DNA of 64,000 nucleotides from Antedon mediterranea (taxonomy: Eukaryota; Animalia; Echinodermata). A model generated the notes under the pieces. That model was given only the letters and a program-made list of their open reading frames with translations, was not told the DNA's origin and searched no databases. Numbering within the stretch: position 1 is the first letter of the stretch; each line of letters opens with the position of its first letter. The stretch spans positions 124,001-188,000 of the forward strand of contig NC_092675.1 in assembly GCF_964355755.1 (NCBI RefSeq). Reading direction: 5' to 3'. Positions 1-48,974 of the stretch are shown here, one piece after another. A program made the position numbers and the translations under genes.

Positions 1-747
1 GATACTCTTCTATTTTCAAAGAATATTAATCGATCTTAAAATCAGCATCACTACTTACCCTAGGCCTAGTCAAGGGCGACATAAGGGGATATGATGAATT
101 TGTCGATTTTATTCTTAAAGTTAACGAAACCGTGTAAAGTATCAACAGTAACATTTTATTTGTATCGACAGTGACAAAATATATTGAATTGAACATGATT
201 TTCACCAAAAAAAATGAGTTAAATAGATAGAATCCACATAGTTTTTATCTATCTAATAATGTTGTTCTTTTGGCGTTCCATAGACACAAAATATTGAACA
301 TAGAGTATGCGAAACTCGCATGAGAAAAAAGTCTGTAAAATCATCAATTTATTTAAAGAATTTATTGTTATTTTATTGATTCTTCTTCATCTAATTCTAA
401 GGTGTGGTATTCAAGATACAGTTCAATTGGTTAACAAATAGAGTTAAAATACAAGGCAGGTGCGAAAGAGAACTATTGGTAATTTTAGATCTTGGTTCTT
501 ATAGGTTTCGTGATCTTATGTCTTTTGGGGTCTTAGCTTTCGTGATCTTGGGTTTCATGACACCCTGATAAAACTTCATAAATTTATTAATATCAGTGTT
601 ATTTCGAAAATCTAGGTATTGTAATAAAATGCGCTGTAATAGAAATTTGATACAAAAGTATACCGTTGACAATGAATGAATGATGTAAAACCACATTTAT
701 TTATTTATAATTAATGTTGTTTGTGTGCATAGTATAATTATTTGCAG

Positions 748-835
748 CTTGTTACGCTAGTCCATGTGGACCTGATTGCCAATCTTCCACTATACACATA
801 TGATTGTCATGAGGGTTACATGGGTGACCATGCCT
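748..835 (+). pseudogene. Degenerate EGF-like pseudo-exon related to the EGF exons of the downstream RPTP
   Basis: tgcag|cttgttacgctagtccatgtggacctga..ccaatcttccactatacacatatgattgtcatgagggttac aligns by eye with exon 26271-26381. It has a deletion, lost Cys codons and no clear donor. Confidence 0.55.
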
Positions 836-894
836 TCTTTAGTTTTATGTGGTTGCACTTGTGTATACTAATAATGTATATGTACATCATATAG

Positions 895-3307
895 ACGATA
901 ATCCTAGAGTTACCTGCCCAGGTAACATTGACGAAGATATAGGAAACACAGGCCAGACTTCAGTGACCTGGGATGACCCAGTAGTCATTGACAATGTTGA
1001 TACTGGTCTGTCAGCTACTTGTACTCCACCTTCTGGTTCATCATTTAATGTTGGTTCATATAGTGTCACGTGTACTGCTACTGATAGTACTGATAATAAT
1101 GGAAGCTGCATATTTACAGTTCTCGTCAATGGTAAGTTTTTATATTTAATTATAAAGATCGATAAATAATAATTTTTAAAATAATAATAAAAATAATAAT
1201 AATATGTATCACATGTAGACATTGATCATCCTAGTGTTACCTGCCCTGGTAACATTGACGAAGATATAGGAAGAACAGGACAAAGTACAGTGACCTGGGA
1301 TGACCCCTCAGTGAGTGACAATGTTGATACTGGTCTGTCAGCTACTTGTACTCCACCTTCTGGTTCATCATTTAATGTTGGTTCATATAGTGTTACGTGT
1401 ACTGCTACTGATAATGCTGGTAATCATGGTAGCTGCATATTTACAATTCACATTAACGGTTAGTTCGTTAGATTTTATAATAACAATCCCTACTTTAGGC
1501 AGTCTGACTTTAGGTAGGGATAACATTTGTACTGAATTAATAAAAACGAACGGTAGGCTTACAATATGAAATGCAGTGGAAAAGTCATCGCGTATCTAAT
1601 TTTTGTTAAATTGTGTTACGTAAGTCAATTAATAAATGGATAGTATAGCAGCCATAACAAAATAACAACAGTGTAATTACAAAGATTTAATGTAAAGTTC
1701 ATAGTAAACGAGTGTAAAGCTTACGTTTTTTCCAAGACGGTTAGTTTTGCAGTTCTGTGATTCCAATCGTTTGTAGTTAGAGAGACCATTCTGTAAAACT
1801 GTGTAGTGGCTGCAGAGGAGTCTACTCGTAACATAACGACAGTACATATAAACTGATGAAGTCTAGCTGTGAGGTGGACGAAGTTTTAAACTGGTTTAAG
1901 GTGGTGACTGTTCAAAGTACTCTAAGATTTAACATTTAATATTGATTAAGCCTGCTATTCCCATCCGCCCACCCTTCCCCCGCCCCACCCAATTTAATTA
2001 TAGCTTTGAAAAAACTTTTTAAAAGAATTTGCCACTTGTTCATAAATAATTACAGAGGATGTTGAAATCCCTATTGTAACATGTCCTGCGACAATTACCA
2101 TCGGTACAGATACAACTGTTTCTACAGTGACTTGGGATGAGCCCACTGTTAGTGACAATGTCAACACTAATCTGTCAGCTACTTGTACTCCACCTTCTAG
2201 TTCATCATTTAATATTGGTTCAACTGATGTTACTTGTTCTGCTACTGATACTGCTGGTAATGTCGGAAGATGTGAATTTAAAGTTTCATTTGGAGGTACA
2301 ATAGGATTATTTGCATATTATAGTATTACATATTGATTTAGTTTAATATATCGCCAACTGTTGATGGTGGAAGCCTTACCACATGTGTACCACATCTTCA
2401 TTAAGAGTGACAATAGCACAATAGTTAGAACAGTATTACTGGTTCATATGCTTGCCTTCGATCCAGATTTTTACAGTTTTTTAGTAGGTTTAAAAAATAA
2501 TATGACCGCCAGTATTAGCAAAATCGGTTCATTAACGCAATTGTTGGTACAGTGTTGATATTAAATTGTCCTGTTTTATATTCATCATTTTTTCAGTTAC
2601 AGTAGCTACAGTTGCGTCGATTTTAGAGGTTTTACTAGTAGGGTATTATAGTGCCAGGTTACATGGTAGCTGTAGTAATAATTGTTTACTGTTTTCTATT
2701 TATTTTATATTAAGGTTGTTCCAATATTTCATCAGTACCAGGTTACCAGATATCAGTGATAGCTGTTCTTGCCATTTGCCTGGTGATGTCGTTATCTTTT
2801 TCCTTTTATTCTAGGTATTATTTCCTGTTAATAACTAGCATAAGTTCATAATACATAAATGTCTAGGAATATGTGTTTACAATTGATTCTTGTTTCACTT
2901 CTTTAGGCCTACTTGTCTTGAAAAATTAAAAAGCAAATATCATACATATACTTAAAAAGATAATTTGTCTTTAACAAACAATGGAGAATAAAGCTTAGAG
3001 GAGTTAGGCCTACTACTGGTGATATTGATTAAAATTGGTATTCATAATCAAAACTTGCTTGTGCACTGTCTTTAATTACAGATTTCGGTATTCTCGGAAA
3101 AACAGAGACAGAAACAGTACCATGAGTATTACTAATATTGATGTATCAACAAGTAAACCACCTAATACAGACTATGAAGTGCCCGTCCCTGCAAACATTG
3201 AAGCTCCACGTGTGGCAGAGTCTAGAGAAAGTGTAAACTATGGCTATGAAGATCTGCACACATATTCATCATTAGAACCAGCATATACTGGTTTAAAACA
3301 GTCTTAG
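895..3307 (+). CDS. HYR-domain type I membrane protein, 3' part (3 HYR exons, TM exon, Tyr-motif cytoplasmic tail); 5' end probably upstream of the window
   Basis: AG/GT-bounded, phase-consistent exons. 895-1131, 1219-1458 and 2056-2295 are phase 1-1 HYR repeats (P.VTCP...VTWD.P...DNVD...TCTPPSGS.F.VG...VTCTATD..GN...C.F.V). 2715-2814 is the TM exon (ISVIAVLAICLVMSLSFSFYS). 3082-3307 encodes RFRYSRK...YEDLHTYSSLEPAYTGLKQS*. Confidence 0.85.
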
Positions 3308-5450
3308 GACTAAAGATAATTAATATATCTCGCCAAGTTTGTATAATACATTTGAATTCAATACTGTTTAGATCATAGGAATTAGATAACGTAACATATT
3401 ATTATCGTACCATTACAAGAAAATGTATTTAAAGTAAAGCTACTGCTAATTATAATTTTATATCAAGGTATACGGTCAGATAATTCCAAGTAATACAAAA
3501 AGTCAGCTTTTTATAGTTATTTAAACAAAAACCAAATAAAATAACTGTTGTCAACACATAAATCAAATATAGGTTAAATTGGAATGCTATACGAAACCAC
3601 TGTAAAAATATTATTATTATTGATTATTATTATTATTATTATTATTTTAATATTATTATTATATAAGTAGTATCAGGATAATTTTTAATATCACATAATA
3701 GAAAATATTGTTATTAGTAGGTAAAATGTAAAAAATATTACCTTACCGAAACATTTTCGTTTTTAATTTTAGAGAACTATTTCTCGTGAAAAAAGAGGTT
3801 TTAGACGAAAGACAGACTTTATCGATATCCAAACTTATCCAATAATGATAGGTTTCATAATAATGAAGACTACTAATGCTAGGCCTATTTGTATTTTATG
3901 TCATGGTAAGAAGTATTAAAGATGATGATAGATGATGACAACAATGGAAATAATCAAACGGAATTAGGATTATGTTAAGGATAAACAAACATTATAAAAC
4001 AACATAAAACAATATCCACTTGATATTGAATTCTTAAATCAGAAACCATGCCAAAATCACACTTGGCTGCACGTTCACAAATAAGATTGAATTTCAAATA
4101 ATAGTAATAAATACTGTTAAAATATGCATTAGACAATCAAGCAATAAACAAGATATATTTCCTTAAAAAACCGCTTGACTTTTTGACGTAACAGTTTACA
4201 TTATTGTTCTTTCTTCATTCGATGATGCTTTTTTGTTTTGATATTCTGTTTAATAATTTAGTATCAATCAGTAGTAAACATTTTGTGTAACGTAAGTATA
4301 GTAATAAATGAACAAAGTCCTAAAAGTCTTAGACCTACACTAAACTATAGTCTGTACATATTCCGGGAGAGGCGTTACTCTGAGAGAGAGGCCGTCTGAC
4401 CAACATACCCCAACATTCCAGTAATAAACAAAAATTTCAAAACGACAAACTTTCTTTGGTAGTAATCGGTAAATAAACCTATTATCATACTATAATGCCC
4501 CATTCTCAAAATTATGTGTTCTAAATGCTTTCAAACTGCATGATTGATTTAAAAGACAGTTACACTTTCCTATTTGGTTTATTTTTAAAATCTATAATTT
4601 TTGTTTTTTACTTAATCAAACAATTCTTCATCTATACACACAATTTGCCACAAATATTTACCATAGTGGGAAGATTGTTTTGACAAAGATAAATTGACAG
4701 CCAAAACGAAAACATTGTTTACTGAACCGGTGTTACTAATCTCTGAATACAGACTCTCTTCTCCAAGACATATACCGAGATATACGTGCTTTGAGGTTTG
4801 CGCATGCCCAGTCCGAGTTCCAAATACCCATTTTTAAGCCGTATTAAACAGTAAGCTTCCATGTGATACAGTTTCCTACAGTAATGCTTCTGCCATCTTG
4901 AACATAACTGCCTAAAGAAATTCACTGTGTTTTTTTTTATTTTATAAAACGTGACAAATATTACGAAAGGCCAGTAGTAATTATCTGTAAAATTATATTT
5001 ATGCACGATTATGCTCACGTTAATATCGTTTACATAATATCGCATATATTTTATTTTACCATTAATTTTGTATATAATTTTTCATTTTTTCTATTCATAT
5101 TCTTATTTCACTACCCCAAACGCACTCTTTTTGTATACAGGTACTATCCTTACTTGAAACAACAATGCACAGGATACGTAATTCTTTTCTTTACTTAATT
5201 TACAACCCAACAATGTAAAAGACCAATAGGACCAATAAGACCAGAGAACATATAGTATTAGAACGGTACTAAAAATAACATCAAACAGTTGACAGATTTA
5301 ATACAAAGAACGAACTTAGTAACAAAGAGCTATATAAACATATGAATCTACAAGGAAGTAGACTAGTGTAATATTTGCAATGTATTTAAATGGCGAAATA
5401 ATATCCTGAGAATAAATTTATAGCAAGGGAATGCAGATTGTTAATTTAAT

Positions 5451-42135
<36,685 letters not shown>

Positions 42136-42301
42136 TCTTCATTAACATCATCACCATTAAAACAACTTCAAGAAAAAATTTGAAATCAATCTGTTTTGTT
42201 GGAAAGCATTAGTAGACATGATCCTGACAAATGCAAAGTTGTATCGGATTTGAAAAAAAAGTCTTAATTATACCTACCTACCTACCCACCCATTCTACTT
42301 T

Positions 42302-42656
42302 AAGCTTGGTTTCCACTATAACGCAGCGACGTAATCGCAACGTAATCGAAATTTAAGCCTGTTTTCCTGTCGACGTTATTCGACGCTATCGTCGTTGATC
42401 GTTAACAGTTCAACGACGATCGTTTGAAAACGATCAAGTTGAAATGATAACATAGAGAGTACCTTTTCCTGTTAAAATTTCCATGATTACGTAGAAGATC
42501 GCCGATTATTGTTAACGATAACGTTGAATAACGTCGACAGGAAAACAGGCTTTAACCAATTGTAAGCGATGGACTATCACAGCTGTCGCTTGTGATTGGT
42601 AAACTCGCTTGAGTTGCGCTTACGCCTTCGCGTTGCGTCATAGTGGGAACCAAGTT
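42302..42656. mobile_element. MITE with a nested second MITE (~42356-42552); related element at 41647-41862
   Basis: TIRs aagcttggtttccacta / tagtgggaaccaagtt; nested TIRs aagcctgttttcctgtcgacgttattc / gaataacgtcgacaggaaaacaggctt. Confidence 0.75.
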
Positions 42657-43850
42657 GTATCTATAACCACACTACAGTACAAATAACGTACAGACCACAA
42701 CGTTTAGACGTGGAGGAAGTATGTAGTAAATAATACATTTCTTCCATGGTTTGACAACGTAATACTAATAATAACGTGCATATGGTTCAGTACACTCCGT
42801 AGTACAATCATAAAGCAACTGACTATCTATATAATGGTAATAAAAAGTATAAAGTCTATTGAATTCAATTCCACAAATAGAAATATTTGTGGCAACGTAC
42901 AATAAACATACTGTTTTGCTTTGTGTAAATATAATATGACCTCAAAGTAAAATGAAAAGTCAAATCATTGTTGCTTCAAGGAAATTTACTGCACACAAAC
43001 AATTGCATTATTTAACGATTTATATAGTAAGATCAATCGACTGTATGTACATCAACATATTCTATATCAAAGTTTCTCAATGTGAAAATAGTACTGTCAT
43101 CGTTACACCACGTAAACATTTTATGCCTAGTGGTTTTTTTTTTACAATTAAACATGTTAATTATCAGAAAATCACGAATATTAATTATAAAATCACGTTT
43201 GCAAAGGAAAAAAACAATATGATTACCATATTTTACTATTGCAATGAAAAGATAATTTTGGTTAAGCTTTACGATTTATAATAACAATTGCAAACGATCT
43301 AACATTCATGAAATAGTATAGAAATCTAAATGATTATAAATGCAATACCTTTGCTATTACAAAATTGCAAAGCTATTCACCTTATTCTCTGTACCGTATA
43401 TCTATGTCTCATAAGTAATGTCTGTATTAGGTTAATGTGATGCATATGTGACACTGTATTAGAGAAGTTACCTATAATACTGCAAAAATTAACATACAAG
43501 TACCCAGATTCGTCTAAGTAGTATTCAAAAACAATTATTCTAAGCTTTTATTCAAGAGACATTACACAGGAGCATATACATATTGCAACACGTTTAATTA
43601 TTTGCTTTGATAATGAATACAGTATACAACATATTATTAGAGGTAGTCTTAATAATTATATTTGATCACATTTTTAAAATGTTTGGATATGACATCCCAA
43701 CAGCAGACATTTTGGTAATAAAGGTTAATATACAATTTTAATTTTGAGAAATATATTCTATATAATATTAGGCAGTATACACAGATTATAATATAGGCAA
43801 TACAAATACTATGAATGATAATCTCTTATATTGGAATGATTTAAGTATGC

Positions 43851-43958
43851 TGTGGTTATTATTATTACTTGTAGGTAATTTAAGTTTGCTGTGGTTATTA
43901 TTATTACTTGTAGGTAATTTAAGTATGCTGTGGTTATTATTATTACTTGTAGGTAATT
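43851..43958. repeat. ~39 bp tandem repeat (nearly 3 copies) overlapping the GILT stop codon
   Basis: ttaagtatgctgtggttattattattacttgtaggtaat repeated. Confidence 0.85.
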
Positions 43959-46598
43959 TTCAAATTATTTATGTTAGTACAAGCACTGGGTTTAGATCCG
44001 GTGTATGCACCACATACAAGTGTTATCAGGTCTGTTGTTGCTTTCTGTTGAATGCTGGAAGTATGCATCTAAAATACAGATTCATGTAAAAACAGAATGT
44101 TTTAAATATTTAAACATAGTACTAATTACATAAAATAACATTGAATTCATAAAATAAAGAAATTACTCAGTAGCAAACGGTATTTAAGTTTGTTAAAGTT
44201 GTATATAAAGTTAATGTAAATTAGTATTTAGACCTCTAGACTTTATATCTTGTATTTTACTTTTACAATTTGGTAACTTTTATGTACTTTATGCTTAACG
44301 TTTGAATAACTTTTCTAAATCTTTATTGTATAAGGCATAGAAAGATGTTTACCCCATTATTATCTTGCTGATTACTTACATTTTGATGTACAAGTTTTAA
44401 AAGCCTCTGGGCTTTCTAAATGTCTAGATCTGTATTGACTTGACTATTTTAAGGCATAGAAAAGACACTTACCCCATTTAAAGTGATCCAAGGTGTATAT
44501 TGGTGAGGAGGGTTTAATGCGTCAGTCAACACCGCCATCTTGTGTTCCAGGGTATTACCCATGGTGCTATTAGCACATTGCAATACTGGATTTACATCAA
44601 CGCCTTCCTGTTGTAGGCACTAAACAAAAGACATTTAAACACACCAAGAAGTTTTAAGTAAAGGAAAGTTTGTATAAATTGCAATGTATGTGTGTGTATT
44701 GAAATATCGACCCTATTGTTAATGCAGTTTTGACAGAAAAGCTTAAATTCATTAATAAAGTTTTTTTTTATTGAATTATATTTATTTAATTGTCATATGT
44801 CTACAATAAATTCTACAAAAATTAATCATTCTCCTAAAACAAGCATTTTCTATGAATTTTTATTTAAAATACGAGAGAATAGAGGAACCAGAATGGCAAC
44901 CTAATTGTGTCCATTTCTAGGAGGGTTGACTGAAAATACAGAAGTGAACTTGCTGAATTACCCTTTTAGCTGCCATGGCTGGATCTTCAGTTGCTTCCAT
45001 GCAGAAAATGACAGGAGCAGCAATGTCAAATTTTGTCAAAGACAAGACACATGTTTCCATAATGTTACCAGCACATTCTCTCTCACCATGTTGACAATCA
45101 AACTGCCAAAGATCTCCCACTTTCTGTTCCTAATGTTATGAACATATTCAAACATAATCATGGAGTATGCATATTTTACAATAAATCTGAACCAACATGA
45201 ACAACCGATCAACTGCTGCTCTGGACATCTAATGTCTCTGTTATGCGCGATTTGAACGATTTGCGCAATTTGAAATTGCGCAAAAAAATCCTTGCGCAAT
45301 TTGAAATTGCGCAAAGAATTCTTGCGCAATTTAAAATTGCGCAAGGATTTTTTTGCGCAATTTCAAATTGCGCAATCAACTTGCGCAATTTCAAATTGCG
45401 CAAGAAAATCTTTGCGCAATTTTAAATTGCGCTGCACAATTTGTAAATTGCGCAAGATAGTTCTTGCGCAATATGACACCTTTGCGCAATTTGAAAACGA
45501 ACTGTAAATTTTCCCATACATGGCTAGGCTAGGCCTAGGCAGAGGAGTTTAAAATTTAGTATTTTATTATATAAATAAGACCATTTCAATGAAGATAATG
45601 TTTAATACTCACTTTTTAAGTTTTTAATATTAGTTTAAGCTAGGCCATGTAACCTAGTCAGTATCAGTAGTCCAGACCATAGCTAGGCTAGAGTAGTATA
45701 GCCGGCCGCCCGCGCCGTGCCCGCCTGGTGGAACACCACCGCTTCGTTTTCCTTCGTCGGTTCTTCGACGGTATGCTAACTTATAACAATATTTGCACTA
45801 CTAAAATAAGGAAATGCGATATTTATCTTTAATTTTGAATCATTCTTAGAAATTACTATAAAAATATGGGTGTGCATGATTTCACAATCTGTCGAAAAAC
45901 CTTGCGCAATTTGCAGATTACTTGCGCAATTTAATACGTTGCTTGCGCAATTTGAAACACATGTTTCAATTCAAATTGCGCAAGGATTTTTTTTGCGCAA
46001 TTTCAAATTGCGCAAATCGTTCAAATCGCGCATAACATCTCTAACTCTAAAAAATACTGTTTTGTTATTTTTCATCAAGTTATACGCTCAGTTAAGTCTA
46101 GATTCAACTTTATAAAAAAAAGGGTTTGTATATAAACAGCATGAAGTATTAATTTTGATAACAAGGTAAGCTTACTTTAGCATTGCCATATGGGACAAGT
46201 GTGACATTAAGAATTCCAGTTGATCCTAATTTCATCCAAGTTGGTCGTAGCTGATCTGCAATAAACTCCTTGCAACCAGGGCAAAGGGATTCATAGTAAA
46301 GGGCCACATTCACTGGTGGTGGTGCTGCCTCTGATCCATTTTCTAACCATTCACTGCACTGTTTCTCAACCTATACAATATAAAAACAAAATAAAATCTA
46401 GCATATATAGTATAATGTATATATTTTTTTTCCATTTCACTTATTTTAAGGAAAAATAAAAAAAAAAGGCCTACCTACCTGACAGGCTATAGAAATCTCA
46501 TTTGTTGAACACCATTCACTCGGTGGTAAATTGCATACTTTTGCTGAAATTAAAGAACAAAAAAGGCCTGCTACTAGTATTAAACAAAACTTCGACAT
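43943..46598 (-). CDS. IFI30: Gamma-interferon-inducible lysosomal thiol reductase (GILT) with N-terminal saposin-A-like segment
   Basis: Exons 46479-46598 (signal peptide, CNLPPSEWC), 46176-46370 ([15 protein letters not shown]), 44962-45129 ([15 protein letters not shown] signature), 44473-44619 ([11 protein letters not shown]), 43943-44068 (stop). Confidence 0.93.
45236..46042. mobile_element. Foldback/MITE-like element with TIRs made of TTGCGCAA palindromic subrepeats (GILT intron 2)
   Basis: tgttatgcgcgatttgaacgatttgcgcaatttgaaattgcgcaaaaaaatccttgcgc at the left end; its reverse complement ends near 46037. Confidence 0.85.
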
Positions 46599-47635
46599 AT
46601 TCTTATAATGTTTCACAAACAAAAACACAAAATAACTGCGGCAAATAACTTGTTGGAGTTGACGATCAATATGCGAATTCCTGTTGAGTGTTTGCAGTTT
46701 ATAAACTGCTTGATCACCTGATGATACATTGACAGTCACATGCGCGTACAGTTTGTAGTCTGTTTAACCCAGACGTTATATGTTATATAATTTTTTTTAT
46801 ACGTTCATTGTTGTTTGTTTGTTGGCTTGGTACTTGTAACTTCAGTATTTTCGCGCCTCTCCTTTGGGCAGTTATATTCAAGATAAGCATTAGGAAACAG
46901 TTGCCATGCTTAATTTACTACGGCTGAAAAAAGGGGTATTTGGAAACTCGGACTGAGCATTTGCACACCCCAAAAAACGTCTGGGGAAAGAGAGTCTATG
47001 AGACGGTAGATAGCGGCTTTTTTTTGTAACAAATGTCTTGCTTATCTTCTCTATCAAGATTTTATTGTCTAAAATAAATATTTATCAACTTTATCATTAT
47101 ATGTTAGATTGGTCATATAATTCTAATAATATGCCATTTCATTTGCAAATCAGTTGTACTGTAATCAATTAAAATTTTCAAGTAGGCCAAAAAAACGTAA
47201 TTTAATTTATTTATAATTTATTATCTCAACATTAAAATTATAGTATATTGAAGGAACTTTGTTATGTTAAGAAGTCAAAAGCCATATGAAAGGTCCATGA
47301 AATCAAATTAAGAAACTTTATTGGAGCACCAGTTTTATAAAATGACCTCACTGAAGTATATCTCCAGCATTTCATTCTTTTGTATATTTGATGTTGTTGA
47401 TATATGATATTCATACTGTAATTCATAACCCTAAGCATGCATTATACTGTATTTTATTATTATATAAACTGTAAAAACGCAAAATCATGCTGTCATTCAT
47501 TTGGTTTTTTATAAAACTTTAAAACAATATTGCAGTAATTTTACACACTGTCTCATTTCCTGTCGTCTCAGTGTTCTATTTAGCAAAAACAACTTGCTGA
47601 ATGAGCAATCATTTCATTTAAATTTCTGTGAAACT

Positions 47636-48088
47636 TCATTTCTTCCATAAATGCTTATATTTCTGTTCAGTGAAGTCATCATCTATGTCTTCTTCGACAG
47701 TCTTTTTTGCCTTTGGTTGGTACTGTTGCATCCTTGCTTTCCTCTCATCAGCATGCATCATGTCAATATTCATTGGGAGCTGTAAAATCAGGAGAAAACA
47801 GTTATTTTGGTTCTTTTATGTATATTCATAAATATATTATTTTATTTCTTAATTGTTTTTTAAATATATTATTAATTATTTTTATTAAACCCTCACCTTT
47901 AATATTTTTTTTGGTTCATGGTACTTAATTCGGTATGTAGAGCCATCTGTGTTAACTATTAGAGTTGGGTACATCCGAGCATACACATTACGATTTGTCT
48001 TGGCAATACTTGATCTATGAGAGTTCATTCGACATTGTTGTGCAAATACTGCACTACTCTGTCGCAGGAATCGACATAAGATGAACAT
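47636..48088 (-). CDS. MRPL55: Mitochondrial large ribosomal subunit protein mL55
   Basis: Exons 47897-48088 (NSHRSSI...YARMYPTLIVNTDGSTYRIKYHEP) and 47636-47779 (LPMNID...EDIDDDF...YKHLWKK*), the mL55 pattern. Confidence 0.88.
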
Positions 48089-48099
48089 TTTATCCTATT

Positions 48100-48772
48100 T
48101 CAAAAGAAAATTTAACTGAAAGTTAATAAATAGTTATCAAAGAATCAACATAACTAAAAAGGGATTTAGGCGTAGTAGGAGCCTACACCGTGATGGTAGT
48201 ACAGAAGAGAGGCCTGGTGTGGCGAGTTATGCTTGTTACACATGGATGTATGCTAATCTTTATTTATCTAGCTAGGCCTGGGCTAGAATAGAAATTTCAT
48301 ATCATAGCCTAGCTAGAATACACGGGGGAGTGAGTGAATGGGATTCCCAGTGAATGCTAGGCCTAGTTTGTTAGTATTACTCTTTTTTTTAAAGAATTTA
48401 GCTAGGCCTAGTCTTTTTATTAATATTATATTATAAAATAAATATAGATTAGTTAGGCCTAGATAGGTCCTCACTTTACTGAGTAGCTAGGCCCAGCTAG
48501 TTATAGGAATTATGCTATAATATAAATATGTTTACTAGACCTAGGCCTAGGCCTTATACAATACAAACTTTCTGTTAGACCCGTCCAGTCCGATCCCAGT
48601 CAGACTCAGAGTGATTGTATTTTGTCATTTTCGGCGTGTCACAGTATTGTTTTGCAACGAGTCAGGTGACTAATCAGTCAGGTGATTAACTGCTGGGGAG
48701 TATGCGCAGTCAGTCTCGTGTGTTTGTGTCAATATGGATGTTCGCGCCTACTTAATTCATTTGATAAAAGAG
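48100..48772. promoter_or_regulatory. Probable bidirectional promoter region for MRPL55 and CTNS, with a candidate first CTNS exon ending at 48772
   Basis: Head-to-head genes; strong donor AG|GTATGT at 48772/3. The CTNS ATG exon begins at an acceptor (51770), so an upstream exon is required. Confidence 0.5.
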
Positions 48773-48974
48773 GTATGTTTATTTGATGATAAAATAAATA
48801 AAATTGGAAATAGTAATTTAGGACTTGGATAGAACACATTTTGAATCGTGCCATGGAGGATCCCGTGCCACGTTAAAAATAGAGACTAACAACGCCAATT
48901 ATAACAACATGCCTATTCATAGATAGGCTAGCTAGCTATCTACTAGACTACTAGGAGTAGGGGCGCCGTAGTAG

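Noticed and set aside
2597-2628. Extra micro-exon in the HYR gene
   Set aside because: Its output phase (0) is incompatible with the phase-1 TM exon.
45036-46115. LRNFK/AQFEI repeat ORFs
   Set aside because: Translations of palindromic transposon subrepeats.
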